Part shown: positions 31,601 to 43,514 of the stretch, in pieces | How positions within the stretch are numbered: position 1 is the first letter of the stretch | Layout: every line of letters begins with the position of its first letter | Source of the DNA: Rhynchopus sp. YZ270_cl-10 | Lineage: Eukaryota | DNA: 64,000 nucleotides | Direction: 5' to 3' | Assembly: GCA_964035575.1 (NCBI GenBank) | Contig: OZ037839.1 | Coordinates: 1,240,001 to 1,304,000 of the forward strand | Position numbers and translations under genes: made by a program | The notes under the pieces: generated by a model | Told to the model about the DNA's origin: nothing | The model's database searches: none | The model's input: only the letters and a program-made list of their open reading frames with translations

Positions 31601-34600
31601 AACCAAAATTTGTATCAATCAAGAACTTGTCCATTTTCTCGAAATGACCCCACTACAGTGAGGGTAGAGCTCGGAAAGCCCGAAAAAGGGCAAAAAACCC
31701 CACCCAAAAAAAGGAAAAAAACGGGAACATAAATCCAGAATTTTGCTGTTTTTTCCGAGAACAAGGAACAACCCTGTATAATAACAAGGGAGAGCAAGTA
31801 GGTTATTTAAAGTAGGTTGACGACACCGAAACCCCAATAAAAAAAATGTGTCCGTTTATGGTGTCAACGTTAAAGACTACCAGAAGCAGCTCAGTGCATT
31901 CTGAAAAAAATAAGCGAGCGATTCTAGGCTATATATGTTCATGAAGCCAATGAATCTAGATAAAGGTCCTATTTCAAAGAATTCCCACAAACAAACACCA
32001 CTTTTATTTTTACTTTTTTTCAACAAACCAAATAAAAAGAAAAAAAAACTCTTTTTCACCACTGGAAGGGACTAGACCTCGTACTTGACCCTTTCAGTGA
32101 GACGTCAGACCAATGTATTACATTGCCACACCCTGGGTAAGCTGTGCAGTCTGTAGGCCTACTACAAAAACCGCAAAACTTTGGAAAAAAAAAAGAACGA
32201 AGATAATAGGTATATCGCAGTAGTAATTTGGTCGTGGTTTACCAATGGTAATGTCCACGACGCAGTTTATATGGTTGTACTCAACGCGTACTATGTCACT
32301 AGTGATGAGTATTTTTCTCGCAGGAGCGATTTGGTCTTGGTGGGCATCTTAGCTTTCCCATTTTTAAAGGGACAATAGCCTTGAGACTAAGACTCCAGGA
32401 CACATATTAAATTGTTTGCAATGCACGTTTTGCTATCTCTTTGTACTACTCTAGTCTTTGTGTAGGTGTTTCAATACAATGGACAATGGATGATTAAACT
32501 GGTTTTAATCATTGCTTGGACGGCGAACTACTAAGTCCAGAAAATTCAGTATGTTTTTCACTTTTCTATTTTTTACTTTTATTTTATTTCTCTTTCTTGT
32601 GTGTTTGCTGAGGTTTTCTATCTGATACACAGACAGGATGTGTTGGTATTTGTTTGGATTGGTAGCAATTATTGCACGGAATACTTTACGTATACACGGC
32701 AGCCATCAAGACCAAGACTCTTTAGGTTACTCTTCCTCCTGGTGATCAGACATTACATCCAGTAAGGACAGAGAAAGGAATAAGAAAAAAGAAAAAAAAA
32801 CTTTTGTATTTTGTGTATTCCCGAAACAAAAAACTGAAGTAGAAGGTACCAAATGTTCACACGAACATCGGTTTCACGATATTCACCCACCATTTAAAGG
32901 GAAATCACTGAAGATGTCCACCCTTTTGAATACAACTGTATGATTCTTAGGACTGAAACAGGGTTAATATCAGAAACCAATCTACTGAAGTTTCAACTTG
33001 TGCACGAAGCATTTTACTTTTCTTTTCTACGTTTTGCAAAACACACAACATAAAAAGAAAGATGGGACCATTTTTGTTGATCCCTCACCATATACTGTCA
33101 ATTTATTGATTGCATATGATGAAAATACTTTATTCCTGCGAAGCTTGCTTTAAAGGAATAGTATTACCGGTACGGTCGTCAATCATCCCTCAAACAGGAG
33201 GATTGTGCAATCAACGAAAACAACTTTAGTTACCTACCGATCCTACTATCTTGTTAATTGCACCTTTTTTCAGAAGGTAATCAGGTTCCCTACAAGCTTA
33301 GGGTCGAATTATTAAATTTTCTTTTTATCCTCATGAGCCCAAACCTGCAAATCAATCATAATTACGGTGAGAACAGACGTTTCATCTCTCCCTCCACTCC
33401 ACCTCTGCACCTCTGCACCTCTGCACACCTGAACAGACAAAGTCAAGCAGTTCTTCTTAGACGAGGTCGACGCACTGCTGATGGGGACAGACACTACTGG
33501 TGTGATAAACACGATCTACCGGACACTGCCGGAACGCAAGCAGGTGTGCACGTTTTCGGCGACGTACACACCTGCGCTGATGGAGACCCTGCACACCTAC
33601 ATGCGCACACCACGCACCGTGTCGATCGAGGACCCCAAGGTCTCGCTGCGTGGCGTCTCGGAATACTTCAAGGTCCTGCCGCAACCCGCTGCGCAATGTG
33701 TCGAGGACACTGCAACAGAAGTGCTCCGTGTCCTGAACCACGTGCCGTTCACACAGTGTATCATCTTCTTCAACGACTTCGACGCATGCCAAGCACTGAC
33801 CCGTGCACTCTGTAACAAAGGCATCGCTGCGAGCTGCATCAGCGCCAAGTTAGAGCAAAGAGATCGGTATGATTAGGGTCTAAGGGGGAGGCTGTTTTAC
33901 GGTAAGTGGCACAATGCAATCATTGGTGCACTGCACGCCGTGTTGGCATTGCATTGCCAGCCTCAGCTATTTTGCCTTCTGCAGGGTACTTCTGACTGCA
34001 TCCTGTTGGGTGCATGCATAGACGTTGGCTGCGTTGGCTGCGTTGGCTGCGTTGGCTGCGTTGGCTGCGTTGGCTGCGTTGGCTACGTTGGCTGCGTTGG
34101 CTACGTTTTGTTATCATTAATATTTATTGCCGTCCTAGTGTGGGCTGTATGTCTTCTTTGTGGAGTTTGTGTTGTAAGGTGACAGCGAGGCGTAGTGAGG
34201 ACCATATGTGAGGATGCAACCATACGCAGCATCCCCTGCGAGCATATATGTACACACACACACACCACTCCCCATTCCCACTACAGCACCGATGTTATCA
34301 AAAAGTTTGCAGCGTTCAATTTGCGTGTTTTGGTGTCGTCTGACTTGACGTCGCGGGGTATTGACATGACGAAGGTGAACCTGGTGCTCTCGCTTGATGT
34401 GCCGCAGCAGGGCGAGACGTACATGCACCGTATTGGGCGTACGGGCCGCTACGGGTCGCTTGGTCTCTCCATCGCGCTCGTCACTAAAGCAGAACGTGAT
34501 ATGCTCCGCAAGGTGCGCAAAGACGTCGACGCCGACTCGCCTCTCCAGCACCTCCCCACGGACCTCAGCACACTCGGCAACGCGCATATGTCCGGTGTCC

Positions 34601-35133
34601 TCACGGGCGAGGAGGAAATGGCAAAATTTGACAACTACGAGTCTGCACGGCAAAACGAGCGGGCCACAGTGATACCGAGGAACGCGAAGCGCAGGCGCCA
34701 AGAAGAAGAAGAAGAGGAAGAGGAGGAAGAGGACAGCACAGACGCAGAGCCTTGCAACACGGTGCAGGAGGCCAAGCGACACTGCGTGGGGGTACAGCAG
34801 CCACAGCAGTATCAGCAGCAGGCAGTGGCTGCGACAGTGTCTCCAGGCGTTGGGCACGGTTACGGTGCGCATGCCTCTCAGGGTTATGTTCAGACAGCAC
34901 CCACAGTGCAAACAGCGCCGACACCACAGACGGTCCAACTACCCCTCCACACGGCCCCACCAGCGGCGCACCCAGCACCAGCCCCAGCCTGGGTGCGCAG
35001 TGTCGAACAACAGATCTGCAGCCACTACGACAGGTACTACGCCGCATACCACACAGTCGCTGCAGACTGTGTCCGTCGTGCGCACAACATGCAGCTGAGC
35101 ACACCCCCGCCACGTGCTCCCCACTTCTTCTAA
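28676..35133 (+). CDS. DDX20: DEAD-box RNA helicase DDX20/Gemin3-like; exons 28676-29150, 33437-33866, 34287-35133
   Basis: RTADV N-terminal motif, Q motif, AGTGKT, STREIA, CHTFIGGT...DKTKLKKCHIAVGSPGRI (characteristic of DDX20), DEVD, SAT, SRGID, HRIGRTGRYG; two GTATG...CAG introns join in frame (phases 1 and 2). Confidence 0.9.
29207..33128. mobile_element. Non-coding insertion with ~468-bp direct terminal repeats inside DDX20 intron 1
   Basis: 29207-29674 and 32662-33128 differ at only a few positions; TTTATTCCTG precedes the first repeat (29197-29206) and follows the second (33129-33138). Confidence 0.65.
30893..31776. mobile_element. 884-bp hAT-type non-autonomous element, copy 1
   Basis: TIR CAGGG(AA/TT)GTTCCT; 8-bp TSD TATAATAA; appears identical to 35294-36177. 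Confidence 0.92.
34023..34107. repeat. 9-bp tandem repeat (CGTTGGCTG)n in DDX20 intron 2
   Basis: About nine copies read directly. Confidence 0.9.
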
Positions 35134-35190
35134 ACACCCCTATGGGATCAGGGTAGTGATCGCTTCAAACAACCCAAAAGCCACTCATAG

Positions 35191-35248
35191 CAGGGGCTCC
35201 GCTACCGTATAAAGTTCTGTTGCGGCGCAACAGAAGTCTGAAAATTTT

Positions 35249-35283
<35 letters not shown>

Positions 35284-36580
35284 ATGGTTGAACCAGGGAA
35301 GTTCCTAAGTGGGACCGAGAACATGAAATTCTGGATTTTAGTTTTTTTTTCCTTTTTTTTTTTCCTTTTTTTCCTTAGGGGGCTTTCTTGTGGTTTCTGG
35401 TGGGTTTCACTGTAGGTGACACACCACCAGTGTGGTGAAATGGTCGAAACTCTCAAAAGCAAGAGTTTTCAGGGGGCAAGAAAAAAAAATTGACAACAAA
35501 ATCCTTCACTGTCCAGGGCTGTACCCCCAATTTTTTTTTTGCCTGCGGCGCCATTTTTCATTTTTTGCTCTGCAAAAAAGGGTTCGTTGGAAGCTAGATT
35601 TTTACACTGTACTCAAATTTTTTTGCCTGCGGCGCCATTTATATTATTTTTTGCTCCGCAAAAAGAGAAGTGCAACGCCTCACCGTTCATCGGCGGAAGC
35701 ACTGGTTCCACGGGTTATCGAACCCCAGAGAGCACTTCATTGGCATGCACGCGGTTACCGCGAGGGAGCGTGTATGCAGGTACAAAATCACTGCCCCATC
35801 CAAATAATATTCCCAACGTCTTTGGGGATCCCCTTGCATTTTGCAGCCAAAAATGCAACTAGACCAAAGCAAAAAGTTCCGCGCGAGTGTAGCGCGCCCG
35901 GGTTTGGGACCCCTTTTTGAATTTCGAGGGGCGGTTAAAGTGGGCCCAGAATCACAGTTCTGACACTCATTTAGCATTGTGAGCAACTCACTAGTGGTCG
36001 TAACCAAAATTTGTATCAATCAAGAACTTGTCCATTTTCTCGAAATGACCCCACTACAGTGAGGGTAGAGCTCGGAAAGCCCGAAAAAGGGCAAAAAACC
36101 CCACCCAAAAAAAGGAAAAAAACGGGAACATAAATCCAGAATTTTGCTGTTTTTTCCGAGAACAAGGAACAACCCTGGGTTGAACCACGAGAGTACCATG
36201 GGGAACTGGGTTGCTGACCGCACCACCCAGGCTGTACCTCAATTTTTTTTTTGCCTGCGGCGCCATTTTTCCTTTTTTGCTCCGCAAAAAAGGATTCGAT
36301 GTGTGACTCTGTGCTGTAAAAAGCTAGATTTTTACACTGTACCCTAAATTTTTTTTCGCCTGCGGCGCCATTTGTTTGATTTTTTTTTGCTTCGCAAAAA
36401 AAAATACAGTTCCCTATGTTCCCAATGTCCCTGGTCAGCAGTGCTGAAAAGTTTGGGCACAAAAACAGCTGACCCCCCTATTTTGAAATCTGAATCCCTG
36501 GATAAGACACTGGCGCAGGGTGAAAAAAAAACCCCCGCAACAGAACTCAAAAAAAATCTGAAAACGTAGCGGAGGGGCTG
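35191..36580. mobile_element. hAT-type non-autonomous element hosting the 884-bp element
   Basis: TIR CAG(GGG/CCC)CTCCGCTAC; 8-bp TSD ACTCATAG at 35183-35190 and 36581-36588. Confidence 0.88.
35294..36177. mobile_element. 884-bp hAT-type non-autonomous element, copy 2
   Basis: Same TIRs as copy 1; 8-bp TSD GGTTGAAC at 35286-35293 and 36178-36185. Confidence 0.92.
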
Positions 36581-36929
36581 ACTCATAGTAACCAAAAAAA
36601 AAGAAATAGTGTGCATCCTCGCGTACCAGGAGTTAATTTTTTTTTCCTCCACACGAAGTGTGTTTAGAAACCAGACAAAAAGAAAGCCAACATTTGACTT
36701 GTTAACGACTTATCCATTTCTTTTTTCACATCATTTCGCTTTGCGCCACATCAGGATTTCACCTTTTGGGCTGCGTTCAACGAAAAATAAGTCTTCTTTC
36801 CTTTTATCAAGTTATCAAGATCAGTTGGCGGGTATAATTGTCTGGTTTTGTATGGTTCTAATCCCAGACCCGATCCCCCCCCCCCCCCTCCCCCCTTTTC
36901 AGCACTTCATCAGATAAACAAAAATAATA

Positions 36930-38096
36930 ATGCGCGCGTTGCTTGTGGGGTTGTGTGCAGTGCTGTCTGCTGCGTCGAAGCTGGATGGTGTGCACCGTCT
37001 GAGCTTTGCGGATGTGGAGCGGTTCAACGGGGACTGCCCCTGCAGCGACGCGTCGCTGTGCGCCCCAATCACAGCGACGTACGAGAAGGAGGTGTTTGGC
37101 TTCCTCTCCAGCGAGAAGAAGGGGGCAGACAACAGCAGCTGGGTGAACCTCGACTTCAACCAGATCACCACCGTCGCTTGGGACACTTCCCCTGAACTCA
37201 TCTGCGAGGCGCATAGAAACGGGGTGCGTGTCGTTGCGAACACACCGCGCTATGGGCTTGGTCTTGGGTCAAACAAAACTGCGCTGGATGCGTGGGTGAA
37301 GGACCTCGTGACGATGGTGCAGGGGACGTTCATTGATGGGGTTGTGTTTGACTATGAGTACCCGATCTTCCCATTCTCGGATGGGCAGCAGGAGTTGGTC
37401 AACATTGTCGCGGCTACGACGGGGGCACTTCATGCAGCCATCCCCACCTCGCAGACGTCTGTGTGCGTGCCGTTCGTCCCTGACCACGACAACCGCTACT
37501 ACGACTTCAAAGGCATGGCGGACGCTTCCGACATCTTCTACATTATGTTCTACGACACACAGACCTCCATCTACGGCCAGTGCATTGCAGGCCCCGGTGC
37601 GTCGCTCTCCCTGGCCGCGCATGCTCTTGATGCCTACGCTGCGCTTGGCGTCCCTGCAAACAAGACCGTCCTCGGTGTGCCATGGTATGCTCACGACTAC
37701 GAGTGCATCCCTGGCACCGACCCTAAGGCAGAGTTCTGTAAGATCCCCGACGGTCCTGGATACAGAGGCGCGCAGTGCTCCTACATCGGGCACGCACCGG
37801 AGCGTCATTTCGCGGAGTATATGGACCTGCTCAACACAGGGAACACAACAACAGGGCGCCTGTACAACAACGCAACGGACTCGCCGTACTTTAACTACGT
37901 CGGTGCGAACGGCACCGTCCACCAGGTCTGGATGGAGGACGCGGAGTCGCTCACAAAGAAGTACCAGTACGTCCTCAAACGGAAGATCCGAGGCACCGGG
38001 CCCTTCCAGTTTAGTGACCTCGATTACTCAACCAACCAGACCCGCGAGCAGGCGCAGTCCATGTGGGATGCCCTCAAGGTGTTCACCGGCAAGTAA
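36930..38096 (+). CDS. CTBS: Di-N-acetylchitobiase (GH18), secreted or lysosomal
   Basis: Signal peptide, CPCSDASLCAPI...EVFGF, ITTVAW, LICEAHRNGVRVV, catalytic IDGVVFDYE, VLGVPWY, HQVWMEDAESL, all matching the chitobiase pattern. Confidence 0.88.
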   Translation: MRALLVGLCAVLSAASKLDGVHRLSFADVERFNGDCPCSDASLCAPITATYEKEVFGFLSSEKKGADNSSWVNLDFNQITTVAWDTSPELICEAHRNGVRVVANTPRYGLGLGSNKTALDAWVKDLVTMVQGTFIDGVVFDYEYPIFPFSDGQQELVNIVAATTGALHAAIPTSQTSVCVPFVPDHDNRYYDFKGMADASDIFYIMFYDTQTSIYGQCIAGPGASLSLAAHALDAYAALGVPANKTVLGVPWYAHDYECIPGTDPKAEFCKIPDGPGYRGAQCSYIGHAPERHFAEYMDLLNTGNTTTGRLYNNATDSPYFNYVGANGTVHQVWMEDAESLTKKYQYVLKRKIRGTGPFQFSDLDYSTNQTREQAQSMWDALKVFTGK

Positions 38097-39082
38097 AAAA
38101 AACAAGCATTGCGGACCCGCTTTTTGTATTCCCCCCCCGTTCAGGTAAGGGTAACCATTAGGTTTCTTTACCACCTTCTGTTGTTGGCCGCAGGGCACTT
38201 ATGCTTTCATCCAGATGGCTGGCATTGTATGTGGGTCAGTCGGAAGTGCCTGCATCAACAACTACAATTTTTGTTTCTCTTGAAAATTTGGTTGTCTTAT
38301 TGTACACAACCAAGTTTTTGGTGTTCTTTTTCCCCCTTTTTCCGACGTGTGAAAAGTTGTGCTCATTTTATTCGAACTGAGAGTTCTATTTAGTTATGGA
38401 CAATTTGTTGAAAACGACGCTAAGCAGTATGTTTTCCAGACCCTTATCATCTTTCAGAGGAACACCAAAAATCCCCACATTTTTTGGTGCATGAAATGTT
38501 GAATTTTCAGACAAAATACAGTCACACAACAAACGCAGAAGGGGTAAAAACTAAGCTAAGTTTTGGGATTTACAAACTAGGCAGGTTTTAACCCCACCAA
38601 TGTTTGTTGTGTGATTGTAAATAAAGCAGGTACAAATAGCAAATGGCCAAAACCATAAAATAAAATGTGAGGGGGGGTGAAGTGCTGTCCACACTCATGC
38701 ACCCCCACAAACGTTGTGTACCTTTCCCACCTCCCAGCTTCCCTGTGTGTCTTGATCTCGTTTGCTGCCAGCCCCCCTGAAAAAAAAAAAAAAAAAAAAT
38801 GAAAAATGCACGTCAACAATTCTGCCTTTTTTTTTTTTTTTTTTTTTTTGTGTTTGTTTCAAAACCCCAACAGGGTTGGCCTGTGTGTCATTAGCATTGA
38901 TACGTGCACCATTTTCCTGTCTAAAACCAAATGAAAAGACCCCCCTATCTCCCTCCTTTATGTCCCTATATTCTTTCCCACCCGTCCTAATAGCACTGGA
39001 CTGGCAGGCGTGACACTTCGAGGAGCCGTGCTCTTCCTTACCCAACAACCCACCCACAGAGATACATCAAGAGACACATAAA

Positions 39083-41434
39083 ATGGAACTGACTATCCAG
39101 GTCTTTGGGAAGGACTTCGTGATTGAGGTGGGTGAGAACGACACAACGAAGACGATGCGGCAGAAGGTGGCGTCTGCAACAGGGTTGTGCGATGACAGCT
39201 TCCGCATGGGCTTCGGAGGGAAGGAGGAAGGAGAGGACATCACAGAACTGAGTGCTGGAGACACAGTCGTGTTGACGAAAACGATGAAGTACGAAGCCAT
39301 ATCAGCTCTTCATGCATTGGGTGAGACAGACATCACAGCAGAAAGGTTGCAGCAGGTGGAGGATCCGAAGGTGGCCAGCTTGCTTCTTCAGGCAGAAGTT
39401 GCGACTGAGATTCCAGAAGACTTCTTCTCACGTAGTAACGTAACGCGCATTGGTTTCAGTTGCGTACCCAATGTGGATGACAACTGTGGCATCACACTGC
39501 ACCTGCCTGCATTACCCTGCGTCACCACGATTGGTGACGGGTTTCTCTCCGAGTGCACAACGTTGTCGGAAGTAGACCTGACCGGCCTGCAAGCAGTCAC
39601 CACGATTAGTGACGGGTTTCTCTCCTCCTGCGAAACGTTGTCGAAAGTCGACCTCAGCTGCCTGCATTCAGTCACCACGATTGGTGACAGTTTTCTCTAC
39701 AACTGCACAACGTTGTCGGAAGTCGACCTCACAGGCCTGCAATCAATCACCACGCTTGGTGACAATTTTCTCTCCCGCTGCACATCGTTGTCGAAAGTCG
39801 ATCTCAGCTGCCTGCATTCAGTCACCACGATTGGTGACAGTTTTCTCTACAACTGCCCAATGTTGTCGGAAGTCGACCTCACAGGCCTGCAATCGGTCAC
39901 CACGCTTGGTGACAATTTTCTCCCCCACTGCACATCGTTGTCGAAAGTCGGTCTCAGCTGCCTGCCTTCAGTCACCACGATTGGTGACTATTTTCTCTAC
40001 AACTGCACAACATTGTCGGAAGTAGACCTCACTGGCTTTCAAGCAGTCACCACGATTGGTGACAAGTTTCTCTACAACTGCACAACGTTGTCGGAGGTGG
40101 ACCTCACTGGCTTTCAAGCACTCACCGCGATTGGTAACGAATTTCTCTCCTACTGCACATCGTTGTCGAAAGTCGGCCTCAGCTGCCTGCAAGCAGTCAC
40201 CACGATTGGTGACAATTTTCTCTCCTCCTGCACAACGTTGTCGGAAGTAGACCTGACCGGCCTGCAAGCAGTCACCGCGATTGGTGACAAGTTTCTCTAC
40301 AACTGCACAACATTGTCGCAAGTAGACCTCACTGGCTTTCAAGCACTCACCGCGATTGGTAACGAATTTCTCTCCTACTGCACATCGTTGTCGAAAGTCG
40401 GCCTCAGCTGCCTGCAAGCAGTCACCACGATTGGTGACAATTTTCTCTCCAACTGCACAACGTTGCCGAAAGTAGACCTCACCGGCTTTCAAGCAGTCAC
40501 CACGATTGGTGACAAGTTTCTCTACAACTGCACAACGTTGTCGGAGGTGGACCTCACTGGCTTTCAAGCACTCACCGCGATTGGTAACGAATTTCTCTCC
40601 TACTGCACATCGTTGTCGGAAGTAGACCTGACCTCCCTGCAATCAGTCACCACGATTGGTGACAATTTTCTCTCCGACTGCACAACGTTGTCGGAAGTCG
40701 ACCTGGCCGGCCTGCAAGCAGTCACCACGATTGGTGATGATTTTCTCTCCTACTGCACAACGTTGTCGGAAGTAGACCTGACCTCCCTGCAATCAGTCAC
40801 CACGATTGGTGACAATTTTCTCTCCGACTGCACAACGTTGTCGGAAGTCGACCTGGCCGGCCTGCAAGCAGTCACCACGATTGGTGATGATTTTCTCTCC
40901 TGGTGCGAAACGTTGTCGAAAGTAGACCTCACCGGCCTGCAATCAATCACCACGATTGGTGACGAATTTCTCTCCTGGTGCAAAAAGTTGTCTGAAGTAG
41001 ACCTGACCGGCCTGCAAGCAGTCGCCGCGATTGGTGACAGTTTTCTCTCCTACTGCACATCGTTGTCGGAAGTCGACCTCAGCTTCCTGTATTCAGTCAC
41101 CACGATTGGTGCCAATTTTCTCTCCAACTGCACAATGTTGTCGAAAGTAGACCTGACCGGCCTGCAAGCAGTCACCACGATTGGTGACTGGTTTCTCTGC
41201 AACTGCGAAACGTTGTCGAAAGTCGACTTAAGAGGCCTGCAAGCAGTCTCCACGATTGGTGACAATTTTCTCTGCCACTGCACAACGTTGTCGAAAGTAG
41301 ACCTGACCGGCCTGCAATCAGTCACCACGATTGGTGACAAGTTTCTCTCCGACTGCACATCGTTGTCGAAAGTCGACGGAATGGACAAGTGTAGCAACGT
41401 TGTACGCAGCAGACTAGGTGACGTTGGTTTTTAG
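39083..41434 (+). CDS. UBL-LRR family B protein copy B1 (783 aa, 25 LRR units)
   Basis: UBL-like N-terminus; regular 75-bp repeats VTTIGDxFLxxCTTLSxVDLTGLQx; cap DGMDKCSNVVRSRLGDVGF. Confidence 0.9.
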   Translation: MELTIQVFGKDFVIEVGENDTTKTMRQKVASATGLCDDSFRMGFGGKEEGEDITELSAGDTVVLTKTMKYEAISALHALGETDITAERLQQVEDPKVASLLLQAEVATEIPEDFFSRSNVTRIGFSCVPNVDDNCGITLHLPALPCVTTIGDGFLSECTTLSEVDLTGLQAVTTISDGFLSSCETLSKVDLSCLHSVTTIGDSFLYNCTTLSEVDLTGLQSITTLGDNFLSRCTSLSKVDLSCLHSVTTIGDSFLYNCPMLSEVDLTGLQSVTTLGDNFLPHCTSLSKVGLSCLPSVTTIGDYFLYNCTTLSEVDLTGFQAVTTIGDKFLYNCTTLSEVDLTGFQALTAIGNEFLSYCTSLSKVGLSCLQAVTTIGDNFLSSCTTLSEVDLTGLQAVTAIGDKFLYNCTTLSQVDLTGFQALTAIGNEFLSYCTSLSKVGLSCLQAVTTIGDNFLSNCTTLPKVDLTGFQAVTTIGDKFLYNCTTLSEVDLTGFQALTAIGNEFLSYCTSLSEVDLTSLQSVTTIGDNFLSDCTTLSEVDLAGLQAVTTIGDDFLSYCTTLSEVDLTSLQSVTTIGDNFLSDCTTLSEVDLAGLQAVTTIGDDFLSWCETLSKVDLTGLQSITTIGDEFLSWCKKLSEVDLTGLQAVAAIGDSFLSYCTSLSEVDLSFLYSVTTIGANFLSNCTMLSKVDLTGLQAVTTIGDWFLCNCETLSKVDLRGLQAVSTIGDNFLCHCTTLSKVDLTGLQSVTTIGDKFLSDCTSLSKVDGMDKCSNVVRSRLGDVGF

Positions 41435-41659
41435 GGGCAGTAAAGAAAGCGGGAGTGGGCCAAAAGCCCCAGTTGGGTTTTTTTTTTTTTTTTTTTTTTT
41501 ATAGGTCAAACGCAGTTGACAGGGGAAATGCTACGGTCGCTCTAACTGTTTTCACCCTCATCTGTGCTCCTCCCTTCTCACACACCACTTTCTGTACTTC
41601 AGGACTTTCATTTTCTTACCTTTTCTATTTGGCTCTGTTTTTGCAAACATATCAGTTTT

Positions 41660-41696
<37 letters not shown>

Positions 41697-43514
41697 TAAC
41701 AAAAAGAGCATCACAACAGTCCTGAGTGTGTGTGGAAGGGTGGAAGCGTACAACTAACAAACTCTCCCCCTGTTTCGTTCCCGTTTTTCCTGTGTGGGCG
41801 AAGATAGTTATTGACACCGTAGTATTTTTTTTTTTTTTTTTTTTTTTTCACGGTGCAGTCTGTCCTGGAAATGTCGGACCCTTTTGTCGGAGTCCGAGGG
41901 GGTCCGACAGTCGGACCCCCTGAGTCCGACAGTCGGACTCAGGGGTCCGACTGTCGGACTCACAGTCGGACCCCTGAGTCCGACTGCCGGACCCTGGGGT
42001 CCGACAGGCACACCCAGGTGCCCAGGTACCCAGGTACCCAGGTACACAGGTACCCAGGTACCCAGATACCCAGGTCCAGGTCCAGGAACAGGTACCCAGG
42101 AACAGGAAAAAAGTCGTGAAAGAGCAACCACAGCTCCACATGACAAACACAAAAGTGTCCAGTCACGTGGGGCATTCATGCACTGAGGAGATAATGATCC
42201 AACAATTTACAAGAAAGATTACTTAACCTACTGCTGGAAGTTGCCAGGTCGTAGTAACACACAAAGTGTGCCTCCGTTCGGGAAGACCGGATATTCTAGA
42301 GACCAAAAAGGCCTCAAGAATATCTTCCGGTAGTCAAGGTATAACCGAGTGAACGGCCCAAGACCCCCGTGGAGAAGTTAAATGTTGTAATGCTATCAAG
42401 TAGAAACTGCGAACACTGTCTTACCCTCCTCAATGCATGGTGGGAGATGTCTTTGACAACCAATATCCTGTACCCAGGTACCCAAATTCCCAGACCCACG
42501 CAGTACCACGTCGCAGTACTACGCAAAATTTACCACCAGACCCTGTCTTCGTGCACCTGAAGTGCAACGCCGCAGACAGGCCAAACATGCGTTGGACTCA
42601 GAGGAATGCCCGCTGTGCAGGCATCAAACATGAGAACCAACTCCCAGCAACAAGGGACACCTTTTGGCGGGCGTTGTTGAGGGTGTTTGGGGTGCAAAGT
42701 TTTCCACAATTTTGATGCGCGGGTACAGAAGTGTTGTCTTGTTCTTTCATCTCTAGGAATGTAAATGTCAATCGTGTTTAACTACCACGAGGGCTTGTTT
42801 AGTGAACCCACAAGGGGTCGAAGGGGGTTGGTTATCCCATATCTATCAAAGGTTGTGTCGACCAGGCGAATCCACTATGTTACGCTGTACGTTGTTAAAT
42901 CCGAAGAAATAACGCTTTAGCAGCCGCAGGAAGTTTGTTAAAAAGAGTGCCTCACGCTACACAAACCACCACCCGCGATTGACTTAGATGTTATAACAAA
43001 GAGAATTCAGAACAAAACAACACCCTGCCCCATACACACTAAATTGTCATGCTTCAAGAGCATGCCTGGGCCAAAATTACTGTGACAAAAAGGCAACAAA
43101 ACCACCCACAAGGAGTGTGAAATGTGCACTGGTTTTCTGGGGGAACGCAATATTTTCTTGTGCCTCGTCCTCCGCAAGCAGAGGACAGACTTTCCGGAAG
43201 GTTTCCAAAGTCGAATTTCTTGCACTAGCTATGCTCCCTGGGTTAAATGGCAATAGCAGTGACTGACAAAGTGTACCCATCCCCCTTCCACCCCAGATCT
43301 TAGTCCGCAAACTCAGAATGGATTGATGCGGGTGATACTCTTTGGGTTTTGAGTTGCTGAATGTCGGAGACGCGGCGAGGCTTCTCATCACAATCGCAGA
43401 TGCAGTTCAGATTTCACGATCCTGTGATGAGTGTAAATGTGGAGTGTGATTAATGAATGAAATGTATGGTGTAGAAACGCAGTTATCGGGAAAGGTGAGG
43501 TTAATGTGGTAAAA

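Noticed and set aside
32040..32135. Possible tRNA or SINE head on the minus strand (similar stretch near 48230-48272)
   Set aside because: No complete cloverleaf or clear A/B boxes
39520..41380. CRISPR-like regular repeat/variable pattern with 75-bp period
   Set aside because: In-frame LRR coding repeats in a eukaryotic gene; variable parts are homologous to each other and no cas genes are present
39083..41434. Diversity-generating retroelement as the cause of LRR variability
   Set aside because: No reverse transcriptase or template repeat in the window, and no evident adenine-specific pattern
42170..43400. Possible decayed transposase inside the CAC-terminal element
   Set aside because: Only short interrupted frames with no catalytic motif recognisable by eye
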